DNA of 64,000 nucleotides from a bacterium. Its GTDB lineage: Bacteria > Zhuqueibacterota > QNDG01 > JAFGCO01. Position numbers and translations under genes: made by a program. Below are positions 1 through 9,433 of the stretch, one piece after another. The notes below the pieces were generated by a model. That model saw only the letters and a program-made list of their open reading frames with translations, ran no database searches and was not told where the DNA came from. The first letter of the stretch is position 1, and each line of letters begins with the position of its first letter. The stretch spans positions 10,851-74,850 of the forward strand of contig JAFGCO010000011.1 in the NCBI GenBank assembly GCA_016932575.1, read 5' to 3'.

Positions 1-1391
1 GGAATCATGAAAAAGAGGGCGACAAAAACAAAAAATACGGATCCGATCAGGAGCAAAAACGGTTTTTCTTCAAGCGTCTGAACAATCGCCTTGAACATAT
101 TCAGTTTTTTCTGCCTGGTGTGCGCGTAACGCTCCCTGCATAAAATAGCGGGTGTAATCGCCGTAATCAGCATAAACGCGGCAACAATCGCTCCCACATA
201 AAATGCACCCGTGACTTCATTGCCCCCCCAGAGCTGATCCATCAGTGTAATCTTATATAAGGACGCAATCGCGATGCCTACGATGAAAGAGGGCAGAACC
301 CTGAAAATCATCAATTGGGTGCGCTCGTTATAATCCACGGCCAGCTCAAGACCCAATCCGCTGTAAGGCACCACCCACATGGTAAATGCCATATAAAACA
401 GCGAGACCATAATAATCAGATAGAGTGGAGTCCAGATGTTCACCAGGGAAAAATCAGCCGTATATCTGCCGATATCTGAAATCCTGACTTCATCAATCAG
501 TCCTGAATAACGGGTGGAAGTATCATCGTTGATTGACGTTCCGATTTCGGTGGAAGAGTCGGTTCCATCCCATGGCACATCCATCACAATATCTTTAACA
601 GCCTTCTGCTCGCCGTTCAGATACAGACCCATCTGAGTGCCGTTGTAAACGGCTGCGATATGATTCCATACACCCGTTGCCAGGGTCGTGTCAATCCGCA
701 GTTCCTGGGTTTCTCCTGCGCTGTCTTTAATTGAAAAGACGATCCGATTTCGTTCAGGCACACGAATCGATACCTCGCTATTCTGTCCGCGATGATTGAA
801 CAAAGCACTGCCCGTAACAAATGAATCACTTTTTGCATACATTTCGACTGTAAATGTATTTTGAAGCCCCGAGAACGGGCTTCTGATCCCGACACCTCCG
901 TCCTCTTCTGTGAATTTAAGCGCCTTTTTGAATTTTCCTGCGTTTTCCCAGATAAAATTTTTCATGGAACCGTGATTTTGAAATGGACCGGAATCCACGG
1001 CAATATGTTTATGTTCAGCCTCCCCGTTAAAATGCCAGAGGCCGGCCGTGTTCGCATCGACTGAGAATCCTTTTTCAAGCTGTGTTGTATACCAGACCCC
1101 CATAAATGTCAGCGACATTAAAATCGCCCCGAGGAATATCCAGGGCCGCCTTCTTCCCCATCTTGATTTTGTATTGTCCGTAATATTTCCCATCAGGGGA
1201 TCGGTAACCGCATCGATGATCCGTGAAGCGGACAACGCCAATCCGATGTAAAAAGGACTGATCCCCATACCGACGCCAAATATCGGATAAGACAGTGTCA
1301 AAAATGCATTGTTGGCCAAATTTTCGGCAAAACCGCCAATCCCCCAAAATGCCTTCTGCACAATCGACAGAGATTCTTTTTCCTTCGCCAC
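1..1391 (-). CDS. MelB/GPH-family MFS sugar:cation symporter with an inserted LamG-like (ConA-type) domain; runs off the window (3' partial)
   Basis: Translated by hand; absent from the ORF track because there is no stop in the window. GTG at 1391, with AAGGAG 7 nt upstream. MAKEKESLSIVQKAFWGIGG...RIIDAVTDPLMGNITDNTKSRWGRRRPW is the GPH loop 2-3 motif, and VPYSGLGLELAVDYNERT is the GPH TM4 motif. Between them lies GLWHFNG...WNHIAAVYNGTQMGLYLNG...YSGLIDEVRIS (Laminin_G_3 signature). Confidence 0.88.
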   Translation of the reverse strand, partial: MAKEKESLSIVQKAFWGIGGFAENLANNAFLTLSYPIFGVGMGISPFYIGLALSASRIIDAVTDPLMGNITDNTKSRWGRRRPWIFLGAILMSLTFMGVWYTTQLEKGFSVDANTAGLWHFNGEAEHKHIAVDSGPFQNHGSMKNFIWENAGKFKKALKFTEEDGGVGIRSPFSGLQNTFTVEMYAKSDSFVTGSALFNHRGQNSEVSIRVPERNRIVFSIKDSAGETQELRIDTTLATGVWNHIAAVYNGTQMGLYLNGEQKAVKDIVMDVPWDGTDSSTEIGTSINDDTSTRYSGLIDEVRISDIGRYTADFSLVNIWTPLYLIIMVSLFYMAFTMWVVPYSGLGLELAVDYNERTQLMIFRVLPSFIVGIAIASLYKITLMDQLWGGNEVTGAFYVGAIVAAFMLITAITPAILCRERYAHTRQKKLNMFKAIVQTLEEKPFLLLIGSVFFVFVALFFMI

Positions 1392-1627
1392 AGGTTGTCT
1401 CCTTTTGTCTTATGATCCATTATCATGTAAAGAGGTTTTTTAATGTACGTCCCAACCATATAAAAGTCAAGATAATTTAAGGAGTTAAGAAAAGAGATTC
1501 TATCAGAAAGCACGGCGCTGCCAGAGGCGCTTCCTGGATTCAGGTCAAGGTCTGATTAATTGTGATATAGCTAAAAGAATGTGAAAAGGAGCCTCGGAGA
1601 ACTGGTAACACGTAAAGAAGAGTCAGA

Positions 1628-1810
1628 AATTATGAATGATGAATGAAAAGAATGTGGATATAAGGGTTATATGGGTAATATAGTGATATGGTGATATGGT
1701 TTTAGTGGCTTGTGTCGATGAATGAAATTGAGAAATATAAAAAAAAATAAGATTAAAAATTAAAGACCCAAGAAGGGAAATGTGGGTATAAGGGCAATAA
1801 GGGAAATAAG
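1628..1810. repeat. Purine-rich intergenic tract with short degenerate tandem repeats
   Basis: atgaatgatgaatga, gtaatatagtgatatggtgatatggt and gggtataagggcaataagggaaataag are visible between the divergent genes. Confidence 0.4.
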
Positions 1811-2018
1811 CGAACCGCAGAACCGAGTCCCCGGCAATGCAAACATCAATTGTTCTTCACTATGCAATGATTCCGTTCAAATGGTTCGAAGATTTTTTTG
1901 ATGGATTTGCATCCGTTTTTTCCTGTCTGTTATTAAATCTTTAATATTTATACGCTTATTTATTAACAGAAAAATCATAACAAATAATCTGTCGGTTTTA
2001 AAAAACCGGCGATCCCAT

Positions 2019-2034
2019 TGGCATGGTAGTTGCA
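2019..2034 (+). promoter_or_regulatory. sigma54 (-24/-12) promoter of the EPS operon
   Basis: TGGCATGGTAGTTGCA matches TGGCAY-N5-TTGCA with exact GG-N10-GC spacing, about 55 nt upstream of the 1706-aa ORF. Confidence 0.8.
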
Positions 2035-2088
2035 AATTAATTATAGTTAATTCAATAATTTGTATCGGTTTGATAGAAGAGAACACTA

Positions 2089-5000
2089 TTGAAAGGCATA
2101 TTGAGGAAATGCACAGTGAAGCTCCCCCCTGAAAGCATCGGGGAAACTTCATCTGTAAGGAATCAGTTTATTCTATTGTCTCGAAAGCACCCGCTGAGCA
2201 GATTCAAGCGGGCTTTTATTGTTATTATTCCCGTTTTGTTCCTTTTTTCTGATTGCGGCAATAAACAATCATTTCACGACAGAACCATTTGCATTGATCA
2301 AAAGCGCTTCTTCTCAGTTAGATTCGATCCGTCGTATTACTATGATGTGGATTTAAAGGTTCCTGCGCTTTGTGAAGAACTCGTTTCGAACTGGAAAGAG
2401 AGCGGGATCAATACGGTTTATGTGAAGGTCTATGATCCGCTGTACGGCGCGGTATACAAGACCCGATACATACATAATATCCAGACGGATTACGGCAGAC
2501 TGAATCTGCTCAAGTCCCTGATCAAGACCGGCCATAATCATGGGATTCAAATATTTGCGTGGATTCCGGCCTTTCAGCATAAACAGGTATGGGAGGCACA
2601 TCCGGAGTGGCGCAGCAAACAGGCGGATGAAACCGACTACCAGCCGGATGAAAACAGCTGTCATCTCTGCGTCAGGAATCCGGAATACGGAAAATGGTGG
2701 ATCGGATTTGTGGAAGATCTGCTGAAGCGGTACAGGGATCTGGATGGTGTGGATATCGCCGAACCCGTTGTCAGCTGGAAACCGGATAAGGTCTGCTATT
2801 GCCGCCATTGCCGGGAGGCTCAGAACCGAATGAGTGACAGCTATGGAACGACAAAGAAGGATGCTTTTGAACTGACCCGTTCAGCGGCACTCACATCACT
2901 CATTGAAGAGACATGCCGGCTGGTTCATTCACACGGCAAGCCGGTTTCTGTGACATCTCTCACAACTGCCTATAGCGAGGGCTCCCTTTATTCCGCCCGG
3001 GAACAACAGTCCGCTACGGGATTCGATCTGGAGGCGGTTCTTGAGCTTGAGCATAAACCCGATATCATCAATATGGAAATCCTCTGGCAGGAATGGGCCA
3101 ATTTCTGGAATGACACCACCCTGTTTCAACCGGAATGGACCAAGCAGGCTGTACGGGAAGTGATAAAACAAGTGGATAATCGCAGCAAACTGGTGATTCA
3201 CGTCGAAATGACACCTCTGGGGGATATTCAGGTTCCGGATAAAATGTTCGTCAGATCGATATACGCGGCCCTTGACGGAGGGGCTCAAGGCATTGATTTC
3301 TACGATTCGCATCAGGCGGACAACCGCGGACTTTGGCCGCGGATTAAACAGGCCCTCGGTTATACCCCGTTGAAAAAGATTCTGGTCTATCATGATCCTG
3401 ATTATTTGCAGGATGCCAGACAGCTGGAAGTGCTGCTCCGGCATTTTCGAACAGATACGGAATTGAGGCCCCTGGAAAACAGTTTTTCTCCATCCGATTT
3501 GTCGGGTACGGATTGCATTTTTTATGTGGGTAACGAATACCGTGCATCTCTGCCTGAACGGTTTATACAGGCTGCTGCCGGATTTGACGGAACCGTTTGC
3601 TGGATCAATGAAAATATTCACGCATTGAAAGATGCCGGACTGTCCGGGCTGGGTTTTCATTATCAGGGCTATGATGATACGACCCGGTATGAGATTGTTT
3701 ATCAGGGAACGTCTTTTAATAAAGATAATAATTCGCTTCATCTGATTGATGTGGATCGCCCGGATCGCTGCCATATCATGGCTTCCGCCAGATCCGGTGA
3801 AAAGGAAGTGCCATACATCGTTCGAAGCGGACTCTTTTGGTATGTGGCCGATCTGCCTTCAAACTATATGACAGAGGGCGGAAGGCATATTGTTTTTGCG
3901 GATCTGCTTCATGATATTCTGCGGGAAGACCATATCGAAAAGCATTTGGCGCTGGTCCGGATTGAAGATGTCAATCCCACGTCTCATCCGGAATATCTCA
4001 GATCTATTGCCGATTACTTACACTCTCAGGACGTTCCTTTTTCGGTGGGCCTGACTCCATTCTATCTCGATCCTTCTGAAAACACAGCCATTTCCATTTC
4101 TGATCGTCCTGATTTGACCGATGCGCTGCATTATATGGTCTCGCGGGGAGGTACTGTCATTCTGCATGGATGTACCCACCAGTATCGTGGGCAATCGACT
4201 ATTGATCATGAATTCTGGGACGGAATGAACAATCGGCCCCTTTTTGAAGATTCTGAAGTTTATGTGGAGGAACGGTTAGAGAAAGCGATCAACGAGTGTT
4301 TTAAAAATGATATCTATCCTCTGGTCTGGGAGACACCTCACTATGCCGCTTCTCAGATTGACTATCGGGCAATTAACCGGTTCTTCAGCACCTGTTATGA
4401 AAGAAGACAAACCGTGGATGTTCTGGGATCTGATCAATTGTTGCCCTTTTACATTCCCGCGCGGGCGGGTAAAGCAACGATGATTCCTGAAAACCTGGGA
4501 TATGTTCCTATAGACGATCCCTCTCCTGAAACCATTGTGCTCAACGCACAAAAAAACCTGAGGATCCGGGATGGATTCGCCAGCTTCTTTTTTCATCCTT
4601 TCGTTCCGCTGGAGTCTCTGAAACAAATCATACCCGGTATCCAGGATTTGGGATATACGTTTGCCAGTATCCGATCGATCGACAATCAGGTGAAGGCCGC
4701 TTCCCAAACCGTCATCAGCGGTCAGAACGATCTGAAAATTGATGTCAATGACCAGTATTTCCGGGAATTCTATTTGACTCAAAAAGGCAAAAAGAAACAT
4801 CAGCGAATCAGTGAAAAAAAACTGTCCGAACCCATGGAAAAATCGGTGGTTTGTCCCCAGGACTGGCTTTATGTGGCCAGCGCGCTGGATGTCAGGGATA
4901 AAAAATTTCCGGCAACCCTGCTGGCATCGTTTGACAAGGCACCCTTCGGTCTGGGACATTTCCTTCAGCCGCAGCCTCTGAAGGCGGCCAGTACTACCAT

Positions 5001-7209
5001 TGCCCCTCTTTTCATTGTCGATTCATCTGCCACAGGAAAACCGGCCAGTAGCCAATCCAGTTTAATCAATGCCTTCGAGGCTGCAGGCATCGATTATCAA
5101 ACCGTTCCGGTCCGCGAATTTCTGGACATTCCGAATCATGTCGATATGATCATTGTCCCGTTTGCTGCCGGCCGGAATCTTTCAGAACAACAGATTCTGT
5201 TTATTTTAAGGGCCCTTTCACGCGGCTTGAGAATCATTATGGAAAAAGAGACGCCTTTAAGTGAACGGATCGGGATTATGGGCATCGGCGATTCGCTCAC
5301 TGTGAGTATGGTCCGGGATGAATACTATCCGCAAGTGGATATTCAATGGAAAGAAGCGGATACGTATCGCCGTTTTGATGTGCCCATCGATTATGTCACC
5401 TATTATTCAGAAAAAAACACCGGCAATCCTCTGGTGATAGGCGGTGAATTCGGTGAGGGCATGTATCTTTACTTTGCCACGCTGTTTGATCCCACCACAT
5501 CAAAAGGGTATGGCCGATATCCGTATTACTGTGATCTTCTGCAGCGGCAATTTGACTCATGGCCTCTCGTAAAAAGAGAGTCTGCGGAGATATATTTTGA
5601 GCCGGGTGACCGGGAGGATGTAAGCATAGAAGAGCTGGTTAATCTGTGGAAAAAGAGTGGTTTCAGAACCATCTATGTTGCCGGCTGGCACAGGTATCCG
5701 GACTGGACCTATGATTATAACCAACTCATTGAGTTGGCGCATCAATACGCCATGGAGGTTTATCTCTGGTTTGAACTGCCCCATGTGAACGTCGCTTTTT
5801 GGAACGAACATCCCGAATGGCGGGAGAAAACAGCCACAGGTGAGGACGCGATCATTGAATGGCGGCATTTTATGGCGCTTAACAATCCAGCCTGTCTGAA
5901 TGCGGTCTGCTCGGAATTGTCCTATTTAATTCAAAAATATGACTGGGACGGGATAAATTTCGCCGAGCTCTACTTCAGTTCTCCCCTCGGGCCTGATCGT
6001 CCCGATCTTTTTACGCCCATGAACGCATCGATAAGAAATAGATTTTCCCTGTTATATGGATTTGATCCTGTACAGCTTTTTGATCCTGCTTCATCCTTCT
6101 ATTGGCGAAAAAACAGGGCAAAATGGGAACAGTTCCAGCGATTTCGGCAGGACTTGGTCATTGAACTCCATGATGTTATACTTTCCTTTTTACATCGGGA
6201 AATAGCCAAAAAGCAGAGCGATATGGAAATTGTGGTGACCGCTCTGGACAATATCCATGCCAGACAAACGGGGCTGGGGACAGCAATGGATACCCGGCGT
6301 TTGATTGAACTGGGCGAAAGGCTGCCCTTTACCCTTCAAATTGAAGATCCCTTCGAGTTATGGCATTTGGGACCTTCCCGATATGACCGCCTTTCCCGAA
6401 CATACAGAACATGGCTGCAGGAACCGGAGAAACTTATTTTTGATATCAATGTGGTTCCCTATCGTTCGTTTAAACTGACCATGGCCCCGACAAGACAGCC
6501 GACGGGTCTTGAATTATATCATTTTCTGAAAAGTGCCTCTCAGGATCAAAACCGTGTCGCACTTTACTCCGAGTCAAGTATTTATATGGTTGACCTGCCC
6601 TGGATCTCTTATGCTCTCGGACAATATACCGAAGAGACGTTGTCGCCGTATCGCTGGGAAATTCATACAGAAAACACAGTCACTGTGGACATGGATCCGG
6701 ATAGTCATAAAGACCTGATGGTGAACGGATCATTTTGGCCGGCGTACTTTAATGGTCGCTTGATGCTTCCCCCGGGAGATCATGAGATCGAGTCCGTTTC
6801 AGGGATCAAGGGATTTGCCAAATCCTTAAATACAACAACCCGCCTTGTGGATATCAGCGGAGAGCTAAAATCCTGCCGTCTGAATCATCAGGGGATCGAC
6901 GTGACTTATGAATCTCCGGTCCGAAATTATATCATTGTCAATGAAAAACCAAAGAAAATTATGGTGGACAATACATATTATGAGAGCTGGGTGCGAAAGG
7001 GGAAAAAAGGGTATTCTCTCACCGTTCCATCCGGAATGCATACAATAAAAATTATCACACAGAGTTCGGGCAGCCGATCTTTGAGAAACTTCAGCATTGT
7101 TTCTTCAGTCACCCTTGTTCTGATAAGCGGACTGGCAGGTTTCATTTTACTTGGGCTCTATATCACCGGCGCCTTGAGAAGACACCGTCGCAACAAGCAT
7201 TCATCCTAA
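2089..7209 (+). CDS. Multidomain polysaccharide-modifying protein: GH-like TIM barrel, GATase-like domain, DUF2334/NodB-type deacetylase, second GATase-like domain, second GH-like barrel, C-terminal TM anchor
   Basis: N-terminal hydrophobic segment ending FSDC. GINTVYV...GIQIFAWIP..HPEW...DLDGVDIAE and a second GFRTIYV...VYLWFE...HPEW...DWDGINFAE. Deacetylase motifs LVRIEDV, LHGCTH, WETPHYAAS, ENLGY, FFFHP. C-terminal TM followed by RRHRR. Start uncertain (TTG 2089 or 2176). Confidence 0.8.
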   Translation: MKGILRKCTVKLPPESIGETSSVRNQFILLSRKHPLSRFKRAFIVIIPVLFLFSDCGNKQSFHDRTICIDQKRFFSVRFDPSYYYDVDLKVPALCEELVSNWKESGINTVYVKVYDPLYGAVYKTRYIHNIQTDYGRLNLLKSLIKTGHNHGIQIFAWIPAFQHKQVWEAHPEWRSKQADETDYQPDENSCHLCVRNPEYGKWWIGFVEDLLKRYRDLDGVDIAEPVVSWKPDKVCYCRHCREAQNRMSDSYGTTKKDAFELTRSAALTSLIEETCRLVHSHGKPVSVTSLTTAYSEGSLYSAREQQSATGFDLEAVLELEHKPDIINMEILWQEWANFWNDTTLFQPEWTKQAVREVIKQVDNRSKLVIHVEMTPLGDIQVPDKMFVRSIYAALDGGAQGIDFYDSHQADNRGLWPRIKQALGYTPLKKILVYHDPDYLQDARQLEVLLRHFRTDTELRPLENSFSPSDLSGTDCIFYVGNEYRASLPERFIQAAAGFDGTVCWINENIHALKDAGLSGLGFHYQGYDDTTRYEIVYQGTSFNKDNNSLHLIDVDRPDRCHIMASARSGEKEVPYIVRSGLFWYVADLPSNYMTEGGRHIVFADLLHDILREDHIEKHLALVRIEDVNPTSHPEYLRSIADYLHSQDVPFSVGLTPFYLDPSENTAISISDRPDLTDALHYMVSRGGTVILHGCTHQYRGQSTIDHEFWDGMNNRPLFEDSEVYVEERLEKAINECFKNDIYPLVWETPHYAASQIDYRAINRFFSTCYERRQTVDVLGSDQLLPFYIPARAGKATMIPENLGYVPIDDPSPETIVLNAQKNLRIRDGFASFFFHPFVPLESLKQIIPGIQDLGYTFASIRSIDNQVKAASQTVISGQNDLKIDVNDQYFREFYLTQKGKKKHQRISEKKLSEPMEKSVVCPQDWLYVASALDVRDKKFPATLLASFDKAPFGLGHFLQPQPLKAASTTIAPLFIVDSSATGKPASSQSSLINAFEAAGIDYQTVPVREFLDIPNHVDMIIVPFAAGRNLSEQQILFILRALSRGLRIIMEKETPLSERIGIMGIGDSLTVSMVRDEYYPQVDIQWKEADTYRRFDVPIDYVTYYSEKNTGNPLVIGGEFGEGMYLYFATLFDPTTSKGYGRYPYYCDLLQRQFDSWPLVKRESAEIYFEPGDREDVSIEELVNLWKKSGFRTIYVAGWHRYPDWTYDYNQLIELAHQYAMEVYLWFELPHVNVAFWNEHPEWREKTATGEDAIIEWRHFMALNNPACLNAVCSELSYLIQKYDWDGINFAELYFSSPLGPDRPDLFTPMNASIRNRFSLLYGFDPVQLFDPASSFYWRKNRAKWEQFQRFRQDLVIELHDVILSFLHREIAKKQSDMEIVVTALDNIHARQTGLGTAMDTRRLIELGERLPFTLQIEDPFELWHLGPSRYDRLSRTYRTWLQEPEKLIFDINVVPYRSFKLTMAPTRQPTGLELYHFLKSASQDQNRVALYSESSIYMVDLPWISYALGQYTEETLSPYRWEIHTENTVTVDMDPDSHKDLMVNGSFWPAYFNGRLMLPPGDHEIESVSGIKGFAKSLNTTTRLVDISGELKSCRLNHQGIDVTYESPVRNYIIVNEKPKKIMVDNTYYESWVRKGKKGYSLTVPSGMHTIKIITQSSGSRSLRNFSIVSSVTLVLISGLAGFILLGLYITGALRRHRRNKHSS

Positions 7210-7228
7210 TTCTTAAGGAATCGCTCCC

Positions 7229-8512
7229 ATGCCTTTCGAATCCATTGTGATCAACATTTTATTCCTGTTTTCTGTCTCTGTCATCTGGGTGATGATTCTC
7301 TATCAGCTCGTCCTGACCTTTTACGGGCACAGACACCGCCGGGCCATGGAAAAACGACTGGCAGAAGCCGACTGGCCGGATGCGTCATTGCCTCCGGTAT
7401 CCATATTGGTTCCTGCGAGGAACGAAGAAGTTGTGATTGCCCGGACTCTGGATAAAATACTGGCACTGGATTATCCGGCTGAAAAAATGGAAGTGATTGT
7501 GATCAACGACGGTTCAACCGACAAGACCCAGGCCATCCTTGAACAGTACAAGAAAAAAGACAGCCGGGTAAAGCCCCTTCAGTTACCACCGGCAGAGACC
7601 GGCAGAGGGAAAGCCCGTGCCCTGAATGCGGGCTTCCGGATAACCCGGTATGATTATATCGCCGTTTATGATGCAGACAACAATCCGGAAGCTTCCTCTT
7701 TAAAAACACTGGTTCGGGAACTGATGGAAGACACCGCGGTGGGTGCAGTGATCGGTAAATTCAGAACCCTGAATTGGAAGAGGAATATTTTAACACGATT
7801 CATTAATATCGAGACCTTGAGTTTTCAGTGGATTCTTCAGGCAGGCCGGTACAGGGCATTCCAGGTTTCAATATTGCCGGGCACCAATTTTGTGATTCGC
7901 AAAGCAGTTGTTACCGCCTGTGGAGGATGGGATGAAGCAGCGATAACGGAAGATGCGGAACTGAGCGTACGCATTTATCAGATGGGCTGGAAAATTAAAT
8001 TCGTGCCCCATGCGGTCACATGGGAACAGGAACCGGAGAAGTGGGAAGTGTGGATCCGGCAACGGACACGCTGGGTCAGAGGGAATAATTACGTCATACA
8101 AAAATTTATTAAACCGGCATTGGGCCTGAAGAATCGGTTTCTCTTTACGGAATTTCTGTATCTCTTTATTCTCTACTATTTACTGCTGGGCGCCATTGTG
8201 ACCTCCCATCTTCTCTTTATTCTCTGCGGACTCGGAATCCTCAATGTCGATGTGCCCGGGCCCTATATGGCCGTGTGGATACTGGCCTTTATTTTGTATC
8301 TCATGGAAGTGGTGCTTGCTTTGTCTTACGAAGACGAGGATAAACCGCTGAATATCCTCATTACTGCGGTCATGTACTTCACCTATTGTCAGATGTGGAT
8401 CTATGTGGTATTTCGGGGATTTTATCTGGACCTTTTTAAAAAACGGGTCGGAATCTGGGATAAAACAGAACGTCATAATCAGGATGATCTCCTGACTCAG
8501 GATGGAGATTAG
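7229..8512 (+). CDS. Processive GT2 polysaccharide synthase, YdaM/PssC-like
   Basis: NDGSTD, YDAD, TED and RQRTRW motifs. GKFRTLN..NILTRFINIETLSFQW, PGTNF, TWEQEPE.W.VW and MYFTY.Q.W match B. subtilis YdaM as recalled. One N-terminal TM and several C-terminal TMs. Confidence 0.9.
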   Translation: MPFESIVINILFLFSVSVIWVMILYQLVLTFYGHRHRRAMEKRLAEADWPDASLPPVSILVPARNEEVVIARTLDKILALDYPAEKMEVIVINDGSTDKTQAILEQYKKKDSRVKPLQLPPAETGRGKARALNAGFRITRYDYIAVYDADNNPEASSLKTLVRELMEDTAVGAVIGKFRTLNWKRNILTRFINIETLSFQWILQAGRYRAFQVSILPGTNFVIRKAVVTACGGWDEAAITEDAELSVRIYQMGWKIKFVPHAVTWEQEPEKWEVWIRQRTRWVRGNNYVIQKFIKPALGLKNRFLFTEFLYLFILYYLLLGAIVTSHLLFILCGLGILNVDVPGPYMAVWILAFILYLMEVVLALSYEDEDKPLNILITAVMYFTYCQMWIYVVFRGFYLDLFKKRVGIWDKTERHNQDDLLTQDGD

Positions 8513-8514
8513 CC

Positions 8515-9387
8515 TTGCATGGTAAATTCTGGCATATTGCGGCAGGAATGTTTCTGGCTGTGAGCAGCTTAATGGGCAGTGAGCCGGATTCATCGGGGAT
8601 TGAATCAAATCCCGATGAAGGAGGATCCGCTGAAATTCATTGGAGCATTTGGGGAGAATTTTATGATGAGTCCATGATTTTTGAGAGTGAAGAAGACAAT
8701 GTGTTCTCCAATTCGCATATCAGGCAGGGGCTGAAAATCAGACATTTGCCGGTCATCAATCTGTTCCAGACGTATATCCTGCTGCGGTACGGACGGGATC
8801 TTCACAGGGATTTTTGGAACAATAAAACCGAGGTCGGCCTGGGGCTCAGGACCCGGTTCTTTAAAAAAATCTTTTTCGCGCCATATGCTGAATATATCTG
8901 CGGATTCTACAACAAGATCCCGGAGGGTCGTCCGCAACCCCAAGCCCGACAGTATACTGATTTAAGAGGAGGATTCATATTCTGGTATGGATGGGACACA
9001 TGGTATTCCCCTGCCTCGCTGATCACGTTTCCCAGACATTTTATCGGTGAGGTATACAGCGAATTGAACTATTTCAGAAAGGACCGTGACAATATCATAT
9101 CGTATACCCACATGAAGGCAGGCATTCGCGCAGTCCGCATTTGGAAATGCGCTTTTGTCGGTTACGGAGCCATGTATATCATGAAGGACAGAAATCGGGA
9201 TTTTTGGAACAATGTCGCTGAAATAGGGCCCGGTTTCTGGATAAAGCCCCACCCTGACGTGGATTTAAAATTTTTTGTGGAATGGCTTCGGGGCTATTAT
9301 TATGGGATTGAGGGCAGGGATGATAATCCCAATCCTCAAATATTCAGTGATCGAAGAATCGGCATTCTGTTATGGATTGGATGGTAA
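8515..9387 (+). CDS. Putative outer-membrane beta-barrel (EPS export pore), internally duplicated
   Basis: Signal peptide, aromatic-rich amphipathic strands and C-terminal ...GILLWIGW. Two repeats, each with RDFWNNxxE(V/I)GxG. TTG start with GGAG upstream. Confidence 0.65.
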   Translation: MHGKFWHIAAGMFLAVSSLMGSEPDSSGIESNPDEGGSAEIHWSIWGEFYDESMIFESEEDNVFSNSHIRQGLKIRHLPVINLFQTYILLRYGRDLHRDFWNNKTEVGLGLRTRFFKKIFFAPYAEYICGFYNKIPEGRPQPQARQYTDLRGGFIFWYGWDTWYSPASLITFPRHFIGEVYSELNYFRKDRDNIISYTHMKAGIRAVRIWKCAFVGYGAMYIMKDRNRDFWNNVAEIGPGFWIKPHPDVDLKFFVEWLRGYYYGIEGRDDNPNPQIFSDRRIGILLWIGW

Positions 9388-9433
9388 TATTTTTAACCGA
9401 TCAATCGACTTATTTTGGTAGGAGCAATTTATT

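Noticed and set aside
617..1513. Seven short ORFs listed in the track
   Set aside because: They are alternative-frame or antisense shadows of the real MFS-LamG gene at 1-1391 (-).
2089..8512. Calling the locus pel, pga/ica or bcs
   Set aside because: No PelF/PelG, PgaA/PgaD, PilZ or BcsB is present; the GT2 motifs and DUF2334 partner fit Yda/Pss better.
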